A stretch of DNA of 64,000 nt. Source: Eledone cirrhosa (taxonomy: Eukaryota). The translations under genes were made by a program, and so were the position numbers. The stretch lies in contig OZ024759.1 of NCBI GenBank assembly GCA_964016885.1, forward strand, positions 3,348,001-3,412,000. Direction: 5' to 3'. Positions 15,001 through 25,914 of this stretch are shown here, one piece after another (within the stretch, counting starts at the first letter, position 1; each line of letters begins with the position of its first letter). The notes below the pieces were generated by a model. It was given only the letters and a program-made list of their open reading frames with translations, searched no databases and was not told where the DNA came from.

Positions 15001-17345
15001 ACTAGGAGATTTTTACCGTGTTGCCTACACGGCCACATTACAGCGTGGACTGTCTGGCGGGTTTTCTACGGCTGGATGCCCTTCCTAACACCAACCACAT
15101 TTACAGTGTGGACTGGGAGGTTTTTACCGTGTTGCCTACACGGCCACATTACAGCGTGGACTGTCTGGCGGGTTATCTACGGCTGGATGACCTTCCTAAC
15201 ACCAACCACACTTACAGTGTGGACTGGGAGGTTTTTACCGCGTTGCCTACACGGCCACATTACAGCATGGACTGTCTGGCGGGTTTTCTACGGCTGGATG
15301 CCCTTCCTAACACCAACCACATTTACAGTGTGGGGCTGGGAGGTTTTTACCGTGTTGCCTACACAGCCACATTACAGCGTGGACTGTCTGGCGGGTTTTC
15401 TACAGCTGGATGCCCTTCCTAACACCAACTACGTTTACAGTGTGGAACTGGGAGGTTTTTACCGTGTTGCCTACACGGCCACATTACAGCGTGGATTGTC
15501 TGGCGGGTTTTCTACGGCTGGATGCCCTTCCTAACACCAACCACATTTACAGTGTGGACTGGGAGGTTTTTACCGTGTTGCCTACAAGACCACATTACAG
15601 CGTGGACTGTCTGGCGGGTTTTCTACGGCTGGATGCCCTTCCTAACACCAATCACATTTACAGTGTGGACTGGGAGATGTTTACCGTGTTGCCTACACGG
15701 CCACATTACAGCGTGGACTGTCTGGCGGGTTTTCTACGGCTGGATGCCCTTCCTAACACCAACTACGTTTACAGTGTGGAACTGGGAGGTTTTTAGCGTG
15801 TTGCCTACACGGCCACATTACAGCGTGGATTGTCTGGCGGGTTTTCTACGGCTGGATGCCCTTCCTAACACCAACCACATTTACAGTGTGGACTGGGAGG
15901 TTTTTACCGTGTTGCCTACACAGCCACATTACAGCGTGGATTGTCTGGCGGGTTTTCTACGGCTGGATGCCCTTCCTAACACCAACCACATTTACAGTGT
16001 GGACTGGGAGGTTTTTACCGTGTTGCCTACAAGGCCACATTACAGCGTGGACTGTCTGGCGGGTTTTCTACGGCTGGATGCCCTTCCTAACACCAATCAC
16101 ATTTACAGTGTGGACTGGGAGATGTTTACCGTGTTGCCTACACGGCCACATTACAGCGTGGACTGTCTGGCGGGTTTTCTACGGCTGGATGCCCTTCCTA
16201 ACACCAACTACGTTTACAGTGTGGAACTGGGAGGTTTTTAGCGTGTTGCCTACACGGCCACATTACAGCGTGGACTGTCTGGCGGGTTTTCTACAGCTGG
16301 ATGCCCTTCCTAACACCAACCACATTTACAGTGTGGACTGGGAGATTTTTACCGTGTTGCCTACACGGCCACATTACAGCGTGGACTGTCTGGCGGGTTT
16401 TCTACGGCTGGATGCCCTTCCTAACACCAACCACATTTACAGTGTGGACTGGGAGGTTTTTACCGTGTTGCCTACACGGCCACATTACAGCGTGGACTGT
16501 CTGGCGGGTTATCTACGGCTTGATGCCCTTCCTAACACCAACCACACTTACAGTGTGGACTGGGAGGTTTTTACCGCGTTGCCTACACGGCCACATTACA
16601 GCATGGACTGTCTGGCGGGTTTTCTACGGCTGGATGCCCTTCCTAACACCAACCACATTTACAGTGTGGGGCTGGGAGGTTTTTACCGTGTTGCCTACAC
16701 AGCCACATTACAGCGTGGACTGTCTGGCGGGTTTTCTACAGCTGGATGCCCTTCCTAACACCAACTATGCTTACAGTGTGGAACTGGGAGGTTTTTCCGT
16801 GTTGCCTACACGGCCACATTACAGCGTGGACTGTCTGGCGGGTTTTCTACAGCTGGATGCCCTTCCTAACACCAACCACATTTACAGTGTGGACTGGGAG
16901 ATTTTTACCGTGGTGCCCTCACGGCCACATTACATCGTGGACTGTCTGGCGGGTTTTCTACGGCTGGATGCCCTTCCTAACACCAACCACATTTACAGTG
17001 TGGGGCTGGGAGGTTTTTACCGTGTTGCCTACACGGCCACATTACAGCGTGGACTGTCTGGCGGGTTTTCTACGGCTGGATGCCCTTCCTAACACCAACC
17101 ACATTTACAGTGTGGGCTGGGAGGTTTTTACCGTGTTGCCTACACGGCCACATTACAGCGTGGACTGTCTGGCGGGTTTTCTACAGCTGGATGCCCTTCC
17201 TAACACCAACCACATTTACAGTGTCGACTGGGAGATTTTTACCGTGGTGCCTACACGGCCACATTACAGCGTGGACTGTCTGGCGGGTTTTCTACGGCTG
17301 GATGCCCTTCCTAACACCAACCACATTTACAGTGTGGACTGGGAG
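1..17345. repeat. 111-bp tandem satellite (~156 monomers, with 110/112-bp variants) derived from an RTE LINE/SINE 3' tail; truncated by the window start and the gap
   Basis: Monomer ggttttctac(g/a)gctggatgcccttcctaacaccaaccacatttacagtgtggactgggag(g/a)tttttaccgtgttgcctacacggccacattacagcgtggactgtctggcg repeated head to tail. 111 bp = 37 codons, which explains the repetitive + strand ORFs. Confidence 0.98.
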
Positions 17346-17545
17346 NNNNNNNNNNNNNNNNNNNNNNNNNNNNNNNNNNNNNNNNNNNNNNNNNNNNNNN
17401 NNNNNNNNNNNNNNNNNNNNNNNNNNNNNNNNNNNNNNNNNNNNNNNNNNNNNNNNNNNNNNNNNNNNNNNNNNNNNNNNNNNNNNNNNNNNNNNNNNNN
17501 NNNNNNNNNNNNNNNNNNNNNNNNNNNNNNNNNNNNNNNNNNNNN
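17346..17545. other. Assembly gap (200 N)
   Basis: Run of 200 n; the round number suggests a scaffolding placeholder of unknown true size. Confidence 0.99.
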
Positions 17546-18125
17546 TGCAAAGTACACTTGTCGCCTAGCTTCCCTCCTGGCCACTTGATAGTCTTCTCTA
17601 CTTCCCCCATCCCGCCATACTTTCCAAGCTCTCTTTTTGGCCTTGATTGACTCTTCCACCTTACTGTTCCACCATCATGTTACTCTCCTCCTGCCTATAG
17701 GTCTGCTCCAGCCACAGATTTCATCTGTCGCCTTCAGCAGGTTAGCTTTCAGGAATTCACACTGTTCCTCTATACTGTACGTCTCTAATTGCTCTTCTTT
17801 ACTGTCAAAAGCATCAAGTAATATGCTTTTAAATTTGTTACTGGCTGTGGGGTCCTTTAACTTTCATATTCTTCTTCTCAGGGTAGTCCTCCTCTGTTGT
17901 CGAATACGTCTCGTCCTGACTATGAGGTCACTAACTATGAGCTATGTTGGGAGGTGAATTCTTCATGGGGGAGGGAAATAGTGTTTACAACAGACACTTT
18001 GTCACATCTTCTGGTAAGGATATAATCTATCTGACTGGCGTGTTTCCCCTGATCTATAGGTGATCAAGTGATTGTCTGGTTTTTTAAAGTTTGTGTTACA
18101 GATAGTTAGATTATTAGAGTTACAG
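17546..18125 (-). mobile_element. RTE-clade LINE fragment (end of AP endonuclease plus linker), degenerate
   Basis: Minus strand reads ICNTNFKKPDNHLITYRSG (APE C-terminus), then VEESIKAKKRAWKVWRDGGSREDYQVARREARRQV (linker before RT) running into the gap. Confidence 0.85.
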
Positions 18126-18368
18126 ATGATGATGATGTATGTATGTGTATATGTATGTATGTGTATGTATGTATATATATGTATGTATGTGTATGTATAT
18201 ATGTGTATGTATATGTATATGTGTATATGTATATATGTGTATATGTGTATATGTGTATATGTGTGTATATGTGTATATGTATATATGTATGTATGTATGT
18301 GTATATGTATGTAGTATGTATGTATGTATGTATGTATGTATGTATGTATGTATGTATGTATGTATGTA

Positions 18369-18405
<37 letters not shown>

Positions 18406-18414
18406 ATGTATATG
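18126..18414. repeat. Compound (GAT)/(TATG)/(TG)/(TA) microsatellite
   Basis: Directly visible simple repeats; source of the spurious YVCM/HTYI ORFs. Confidence 0.95.
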
Positions 18415-18706
18415 TCACCAGTTGTTGCTACTGGTAACATGTATCCCAGTACAACCTGTCTCATGGTCAGGTCGTTGGCGACTAAACTGGCAACCCCACC
18501 TTGGTGAGGAGGGTGGCTTTGGAAATCCTGCAGGACTAAAAACAAAACCTGTCAAAGGGAAAAGGAGCTCTTAAGCGTCAATGGCCATCCAAAATCACCG
18601 GGAGAGATTACCCCTTAGCCTTTGTCGCGGCAGAATTCTAGGAGAAGGAAAACTCTGATATAACACCTGCAACCCTGATGGTATCCAATGATGTTGACTT
18701 GTTCTT
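18415..18706 (+). mobile_element. Interspersed repeat resembling an RTE LINE 5' UTR (copy 1 of 3)
   Basis: Near-identical to 22906-23145 and 23550-23840. Contains ttagcctt...ctaggagaaggaaaactctga, which I recall from RTE 5' UTRs and RTE-derived SINEs. A diverged relative lies at about 38770-38900. Confidence 0.6.
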
Positions 18707-18717
18707 CTAGACAACCA

Positions 18718-19200
18718 TAGCCTGCGCATCGGCGTTTCCCCGAGGCTCGGCCTCACACCAATGTCGCTGCGGTTCCACCATGGGCTCTTTCGGCCTCCAC
18801 CCGCTTTCCCGTCACCACAGTGCCGGCCGCAATCCACGCCATGCTGCCCTCAACGAGGTCATTAAGCATGGCTTGGACGCTGCAGGCTTCCCTTCCCAGC
18901 TGGTGAAGTCTGCGACTGGCCCAGGGTCTGCTGCACGTCAGCCTGAGGGGGCCAAACTCCTCAAATATCGGTCGCTCTTCGACAGGTTTGCGGTCGTACC
19001 CCTGGAAGTGGAGACTTCTGGTGTCCTCTGCCCCAGGGTTACCTCCTTACTCACCACCATAGGGGCTGAGCTGGCCAGCCGCAGGTGTGAGCCCCGCGAG
19101 TTGGAGTGGCTTTTCCAAAGCGCGTCTCCCTTGCCTTGCTCCGGGGAAACGCCTTCTCCATTCTGTCCGCCGGGGCTGTGGGTGGGCCCCATCGCGTACT
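18718..19200 (+). mobile_element. CRE-clade non-LTR retrotransposon fragment (C-terminal restriction-like endonuclease region)
   Basis: Across frameshifts: LRIGVSPRLG...RHAALNEVIKHGL...KLLKYRSL...FAVVPLEVETSG...IGAELASRRCEPRELEWLFQ...RGNA, matching the CRE pattern RHxxLNxxI...KxxKY...PxxxETxG...LxQRxSLAIxRGNA. Confidence 0.8.
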
Positions 19201-20868
19201 GTTGTAGTTGTTGTAGAAGAAACAGGGAGAAAACAACTGGAATATATACAAAACAACTAAATCTCTTAAATAACTTCACTTATATCCAAAATATGATTTG
19301 TATATACATCAACAGTGACTCATTATTATACGCCAGTCACAACCCCACTGCAAAAACGATATCTATATAACAACCCCACCGTAAAACTACTCTTCCCCAC
19401 TTTACAAACACTTTATATTATTTGTCAGTAAGGTTTCTTAAAATAAATATATATACATATGTGTAGTAATTAGTATGAGAGAAGGGACGAGTGTGTCTTG
19501 ATGGAGGGCACGTGAGACCAGCAAAGTCCTAAAAGTAGAGACCAGTAAATGAGATAAGGTCCTAGCTATGTTAAGAATATAAATAAGAAACATGTTCTAT
19601 ACATTTAAGAAGACATTTAAGAAGACATGTTCTATACATTTAAGAAATAATTATTTACCTCTTTCATGTAGGTAATATAGCGGTGTTATAAAACTAATTA
19701 TACGACCGGTGTTAAAATAGAGAGAGATAGACAGATAAATGTGTGTCACACTCTCACCCTCTCTTTAAATCTTTTACACTATCTAACTCGTCCTTCTCCC
19801 CCTCTCTTTACATCTTTTACTCTATCTCCCTCTTATCTCTCCCCCTCTCTTTACATCTATTACTACATCTCCCCCTCTCTTTACATCTATCACTCTATCT
19901 ACCTCTTATTTCTATCTGTGTATGTATCTGTCTATGTGTAACTAGGTGTACTGGAGCAATATGAAGTGAAGTGTCTTGCTCAAGAACACATTTTGCGGAG
20001 TTATATCATCGTTTCTTGTTATAAAGCTACTTATACGACCGGTATATGTGAAAGATGTAAAAATAAAAGGCTGTAACAGCGATATAAATATAGATGAAAT
20101 AGTTTACCACGAGACCAAGAATGAATGTTTAATGGAATTAAGTGTAATCTAATTGGAAATAACACGCTAGAGCAGCGAAATGTTTACGTCAAATAAAAAC
20201 AACAAACAAGATGGCGACATGGAAATTTTTGTTTTTTTTTATCGATATAAGCGTTAATTTATATCGATTTGCCTTGCTGCCCGCGTTGCTCAGTCAGTAG
20301 CAGCCCTGCTTACGAACCTCAGGGGCCAACGACTTTACATGGTTCGAATCTCACCCTCTCCGCACTTCTCGAGTTATCTCTTACTCATTTTACCTCTATT
20401 TACATCTATTACTCTATCTACCGCTTATTTCTCCCCCTCTCTTTACTTCTATAACTCTATCTCCCTCTTATTTCTCCCCCTCTCTTTACATATATTTCAG
20501 TGTCTCCCTCTTGCGTGTATATATATATGCGTATATATACACGTATATAAGCACTAGATTTTATAAGAAATCTACGTAATAATATAATTAACAATAGTTG
20601 ATGAATTAGACCAGAGTTAATTAAACAATAAATATGAATGAAATGGCAGTAGATGGGGAAACTTGAGTGTTGTGTGTGCATACATATATATGAGGTAAAC
20701 TGGTTCAAATACTGTGTCAGGATTATATTGGACCAAAGACTGTATTAAATAGAAAGTAAAAAATGAAGTGAAAATATAAAAACAAACTGAAAATTTCCCT
20801 ATCCCTAGAAAAATTGATAACTTGTTATATATAGATAATTGGCGCTTTAAATTGAATAAATATTCATT

Positions 20869-20901
<33 letters not shown>

Positions 20902-20902
<1 letters not shown>

Positions 20903-21593
20903 CGTTTGTTATAGCTCTGGTTCATCTGAACCATTGAGCACTTGCCTCACATCTCGGAGGTTGTTTTTCATTATTTCGTGGGCCGAAATGCGAATCTCGA
21001 TAATTTATGTTTGTATTTATCTCCAGACTCTAGCTATTGACCAGTTAATTTTCTTGATTTTTTAGTTGATTCTATTGACTGATGAATAGCTTATGTTAAT
21101 TTTAACCCTTCTGTTGAGAACTCTATTCGATTTGTGATGTTTTTGCATTCTTGCAAAAATATACATAACTGAATTTATTCGCCTGATATAGAGGCTGCCT
21201 CCCTTGCCGATCCCCACGTGGAGTCAGCAATAGTCAGTCCTTGTATTAACATTGAACTAAAACCTATTGAGAAAGTGGCTTCCTTGTTCAATCATCTTAC
21301 CAGAAGCCTGACATTATTTATGTAAGCGGACGGTACTTGATTTAGAAGCCGCAGAAACCCAAATACTGGATTTTACCAACCTTCCAGGGGTCCGGGTAAA
21401 TTTTCAATACCCGAATTACTTGATCGTTTTTTTGGCTATGCGAATGATTGTTTAACCATCGTCTCAGTGTGTTTGGCGTTTAACGTTTGTTATAGCTCTG
21501 GTTCATCTGAACCATTGAGCACTTGCCTCACATCTCGGAGGTTGTTTTTCGTTATTTCGTGGGCCGAAATGCGAATCTCGATAATTTATGTTT
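20902..21593. mobile_element. ~690-bp element with ~111-bp terminal direct repeats, inserted in (TA)n (TRIM-like or Penelope pLTR-like)
   Basis: 20902-21012 and 21483-21593 are near-identical direct repeats (acgtttgttatagctctggttcatctg...gcgaatctcgataatttatgttt). (TA)n flanks both sides. Confidence 0.7.
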
Positions 21594-21696
21594 ATATATA
21601 TGTACACTGATATATATGTGTGTATATATATGTACATATATGTATGTGTATATGTGTACATATGTATGTGCATATATATACTAATATATATATATA

Positions 21697-21958
21697 TATC
21701 ATCTTCATCATACGTCCGCTTTTCCATGCTTGCAAGGGTGGGACGGGAGCTGATTGTGGATTGGTTTCTACAGCTGGGTACCCTTCCTGGCGCCAACCCC
21801 GTTTGCAGTGAGTGCTGGGTGCTTTTTTTTTCCGTGACACCTCCACGTCAACTTTACAGTGTGGGCTGGGTGCTTTTTTGCCGTGGCACCTCCACGACCA
21901 CTTTGCAGTGGGGGCCCCGGTCCTGTCATCTCATTTCTACAGCTGAGTAATATGAAAT
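21697..21958 (-). mobile_element. SINE (RTE-tailed family), 5'-truncated, with internally duplicated subunit
   Basis: Reverse complement of the body and tail of the SINE at 37718-38045, with extra copies of ...cagtgtgggctgggtgctttttt..ccgtg..cctccacg. Confidence 0.85.
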
Positions 21959-21959
21959 A

Positions 21960-22296
21960 ATATATATACTGATGTATATGTATATATATATATATATGTG
22001 TGTGTGTAAGTACTGGTATATATATATGTATGAGTACTGATAAGTGTATGTATATAGGTACTGGTATATATATATATGTATATGTGTATGTGAATATGGG
22101 TACTGATATATATATATGTGTATATGTATGAGTACTGATATGTGTGTATGTGTATAAGTACTGATATATATATGTATGTGTATAAGTACTGATATATATG
22201 TATATGAGTACTGGTATATATATGTATGTATGTTTAAGTACTAATATATGAATACTAATGTATAAATACTGATATATGTGTGTATGTATGAGTACT

Positions 22297-22354
<58 letters not shown>

Positions 22355-22465
22355 CATGTTTAAATACTGATATATAAGTACAAATGTATAAGTACTGATA
22401 TATATGAGTACTGGTATATATATGTATGTGTATGGGGACTGATATGTATATATATATATATGTAT
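21960..22465. repeat. Degenerate TA-rich minisatellite with recurrent (a/g)gtactg core, plus (TA)n
   Basis: agtactg/gtactgata recurs roughly every 25-35 bp in a TA/TG background. Confidence 0.8.
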
Positions 22466-22469
22466 GCAT

Positions 22470-22727
22470 GGGCAAGATACTTTATTTCACATTGCTCCAG
22501 TTTACTCAGCTGTAGAAATGAGATGATAGGGACAGGGGTCCCTATCATTCCACTGCAAAGTGGTCGTGGAGGTGCCACGGCAAAAAAGCACCCAGCACTC
22601 ACTGTAAATGAGGTTGGTGTTAGGAAGGGCATCCAGCTGTAGAAATCAGGCCAGAATCAGTTCCCGTCCCACCCTTGCAAGCAGGGAAAAAGCGGACTTA
22701 TACGAAATGATGATGATGATGATGATG
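22470..22727 (+). mobile_element. SINE (RTE-tailed family), 5'-truncated, ending in (GAT)n
   Basis: Highly similar to 37808-38040; tail ...gcggacttatacgaaatgatgatgatg. Confidence 0.9.
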
Positions 22728-22739
22728 TATCTGTATATC

Positions 22740-24143
22740 TATGTATGTGTATGTATATATATGTATGTATGTATGTGTATGTATATATGTGTATGTATAT
22801 GTATATGTGTATATATGTGTATATGTATATATGTATGTGTATGTGTATATATGTATGTGTGTATATGTATGTATATGTATATGTATGTATGTATGTATGT
22901 GTATATGTGGCGACTAAACTGGCAACCCCACCAAGGTTTCTTGGTGAGGAGGGTGACTTTGGACATCCTGCAGGACTAAAAACAAAACCTGTCAAAGGGC
23001 AAAGGAGCTCTTAAGAGTCAATGGCCATCCAAAATCACCGGGAGAGATGACCCCTTAGCCTTTGTCAAGGCAGAATTCTAGAAGGAAAACTCTGATATAA
23101 CACCTGCAACCCTGATGGTATCCAATGATGTTGACTTGTTCTTCTTTTTGGTAAATATCATCTTGGTTAAGAGAGTGGGACTGGCTTTGTGCAGTGCCTT
23201 TGCTCACTATAAAAGCTTCACGGCACAAGCATTGCTTTATATCTGGAGATCTCTCTGCACTTGTCCTCACATGGTACCATGGGCCCAGCACTATGTGTCA
23301 ATAATTGTCACAAGTGTAGTGTTTGTACCAGAGTTTTCAAGTCGCTGGCTGGACTAAAAAGTCACACTCGTTCAGCGCTTCGGTAGGGGTTCTCCTACAT
23401 GGATATAAAGTAGTGGCCGAAAACGAGTTGGCAGCCACCATGTGTATATGTATGTATATGTGTATATGTATATATATGTATGTGTGTATGCATGTATATA
23501 TGTATGTATGTGTATATGTATGCATGTATGTATGTATGTATATGTCAGGTCACCAGTTGTTGCTACTGGTAACATGTATCCCAGTACAACCTGTCTCATG
23601 GTCTGGTCGTTGGCGACTAAACTGGCAACCCCACCAAGCTTTCTTGGTGAGGAGGGTGACTTTGGACATCCTGCAGGACTAAAAACAAAACCTGTCAAAG
23701 GGCAAAGGAGCTCTTAAGAGTCAATGGCCATCCAAAAGAGATTACCCCTTAGCCTTTGTCAAGGCAGAATTCTAGGGGAAGGAAAACTCTGATATAACAC
23801 CTGCAACCCTGATGGTATCCAATGATGTTGACTTGTTCTTCTTTTTGGTAAATATCATCTTGGTTAAGAGAGTGGGATTGGCTTTGTGCAGTGCCTTTGC
23901 TCACTATAAAAGCTTCACGGCACAGGCATTGCTTTATATCTGGAGATCTCTCTGCACTTGTCGTCACATGGTACCATGGGCCCAGCACTATGTGTCAATA
24001 ATTGTCACAAGTGTAGTGTCTGTACCAGAGTTTTCAAGTCGCTGGCTGGACTAAAAAGTCACACTCGTTCAGCGTATCGGTAGGAGTTCTCCTACATGGA
24101 TATAAAGTAGTGGCCGTACTCGAAAACGAGTTGGCAGCCACCA
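22740..24143. repeat. Tandem duplication (~700-bp unit) of microsatellite + RTE-5'UTR-like segment + unknown segment
   Basis: 22906-23440 matches 23609-24143 almost base for base; duplicate ORFs at 23055/23749 and 23115/23812. Confidence 0.9.
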
Positions 24144-24254
24144 TATATGTGTATGTATGTATCTGTCTATGTGTAACTAGGTGTACTGGAGCAATGTGAA
24201 GTGAAGTGAAACTACTTATACGAACCGGCGTAACAGTCGGTATACATGAAAGAT

Positions 24255-25110
24255 GGTAACTGGTGATGCCTGTGAGAGCGCTTGGCTGTTACAACGCCAT
24301 CACCGAGGTAACTGGTCATGCTCCTCATCAGGGCGTTTGGCTATTCCAGCACCTCAGCCTCGCCATCACCCGAGGTAACTGGTGATGCTCCTCGTGATAG
24401 CACTTGGCTATTCCAGCATCTCAGCCTTGTCATCAGCAGAAGTAACTGGTGATGCTCCTCGTGAGGATGCATGGCTGTTGCCAGATCTCACCCTCGAGGT
24501 AAATGGTGATGCTCGTGTGGGCGCTTGGCTATTGCAGCACCTCAGTCTCGCTATCACCCAAGGTAACTGGTAATGCTCGTGAGGGTACTTGGCTATCCGA
24601 GCACTCCAGCCGCGTCAACACCCGAGGTAACAGGTGATGTTCTTCGTAGGGGCGCTTGGCTGCTGCAGGATCTAACCCTCGCCATCACCCGAGGTAACTG
24701 GTGATGATACCTCGGGTGATAGCGAGACTGAGGTGCTGGAAAAGCCCAGCGCCTTCAGGAGCATCACCAGTTACCTCGGGTGATGGCAAGGGTGAGCTCT
24801 GGCAACAGCCAAGCGCCCTCACGTGAACATCACCAGTTACCTCAGGTGATGGTGAGGCTGAGGTGCTGCAATATCCAAGCGCCCTGACGAGGAGCATGAC
24901 CAAATACCTCGGTGATGGCGAAGCTGAGTTGTTGCAACAACCACACGCCTTCATAAACATCACCAGTTACCTCGGGTGATGGCATGGTTGAGATCCGGAA
25001 ACATCCAAGCGCCCTCACGAGGAGCATTACTAGTTACCTCAGGTGATGGCGAGACAGAGGTCCTGCAACAGCCAAGCGCCCTCACGAGCATCACTAGTTA
25101 CCTCAGGTCA
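24255..25110. repeat. Palindromic minisatellite: ~60-68-bp units in + orientation (24255-24706), then inverted (24708-25110)
   Basis: Unit actggtgatgct(cct)cgtgagggcgcttggctattccagcacctcagcctcgccatcacccgaggta; orientation flips at ggtgatga|tacctcgggtgat. Confidence 0.9.
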
Positions 25111-25643
25111 TGGCAAGCAGCAGCATACAGCAAAGCTGACAGTACACATGCAGCATACATTCTCACCTTGGTCCTCATTGTGATTCCTTGCCTGCACCAA
25201 AGACGGTCGTTGAGCCTTCCAAATGACTTACTTGCCTTACTAACACGTAGACCAACTTCTGCATCCAGAGAGCAGGTCACACTCAGAGTACTCCCCAAAT
25301 ACACAAATGTGTCAGCAGCCTTCAGCTTTTGACCATATACGTGTATGGATGGTTCATTGAAAAATTTATCCGGAGCAGGTTGGTACATGACGGCAATCTT
25401 CTTCAGACTGATTGTCAGTCCCAAAGCACTGCACGCATTGGAAAAAGAATTCATAAGGTGTTGCACGTCACTCTGGGAGTGTGCAAAGAGATCACAATCA
25501 TCTGCATATAAAAATTCCCTGATCAACGTACTCAGTACCTTAGTGTTGGCAATGAGATGCCTATGGTTAAACAGCTTGCCGGAAGTGCGATATCTGAGAT
25601 AGATACTGTGTTGACAATCCTTGAAGACCATGAAGAACACCAT
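25111..25643 (-). mobile_element. RTE/BovB-like LINE reverse-transcriptase fragment
   Basis: YRTSGKLFN...IREFLYADDCDL...LGLTISLKK...FVYLGSTLS...RVSKASKSFGRL...TKVRMYAACVLSALLY (YADD motif and RT thumb). Confidence 0.9.
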
Positions 25644-25648
25644 TCCCT

Positions 25649-25910
25649 CTCAACGTTTGGTATCTGGATGATGCTACATTGGGTGGGCCCGTACGGACGG
25701 TCTGCCATGACCTTCAATCGGTCATGACCTTCAATCGGCCATTCCTGCCCTGGCGGGAATCGGCCTCCAGGTCAACTCGGCCAAGTCGGAGGTGGTGAAT
25801 GTCAGCCTCGATGCTGCAAGCTTTGCAGTCTCCATCTTGGACATGCGGTCCATTCTTCGCCAGGTTCAGGTGATCCCCAAAGAGGATGCCCTCACTGATC
25901 CACCCGCCGG
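25649..25910 (+). mobile_element. CRE-clade RT fragment (catalytic YLDD region), not in the ORF track
   Basis: ctc aac gtt tgg tat ctg gat gat gct aca ttg ggt ggg ccc = LNVWYLDDATLGGP. After a short catgaccttcaatcgg duplication it continues LAGIGLQVNSAKSEV (GLxxNxxKxE motif). Confidence 0.8.
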
Positions 25911-25914
25911 CTAT

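Noticed and set aside
1-17345. Overlapping 37-aa-repeat ORFs (MPFLTPTTF..., LDALPNTNH...) as a repeat protein
   Set aside because: Two frames are open simply because the monomer is 111 bp with few stops. Frames shift at 110/112-bp variants, and the source is a non-coding LINE UTR.
1-17345. CRISPR-like array or hammerhead-containing satellite
   Set aside because: There are no unique spacers and no cas genes, and I found no CTGANGA...GAAA core on either strand of the monomer.
21070-21520. Hammerhead candidates in the direct-repeat element (ctgatga near 21080; minus-strand cagatga near 21505)
   Set aside because: No correctly placed GAAA and stem III follow either core.
18002-23717. YIHT/MYVC low-complexity ORFs
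   Set aside because: They are translations of (TA)/(TATG)/(TG) microsatellites.
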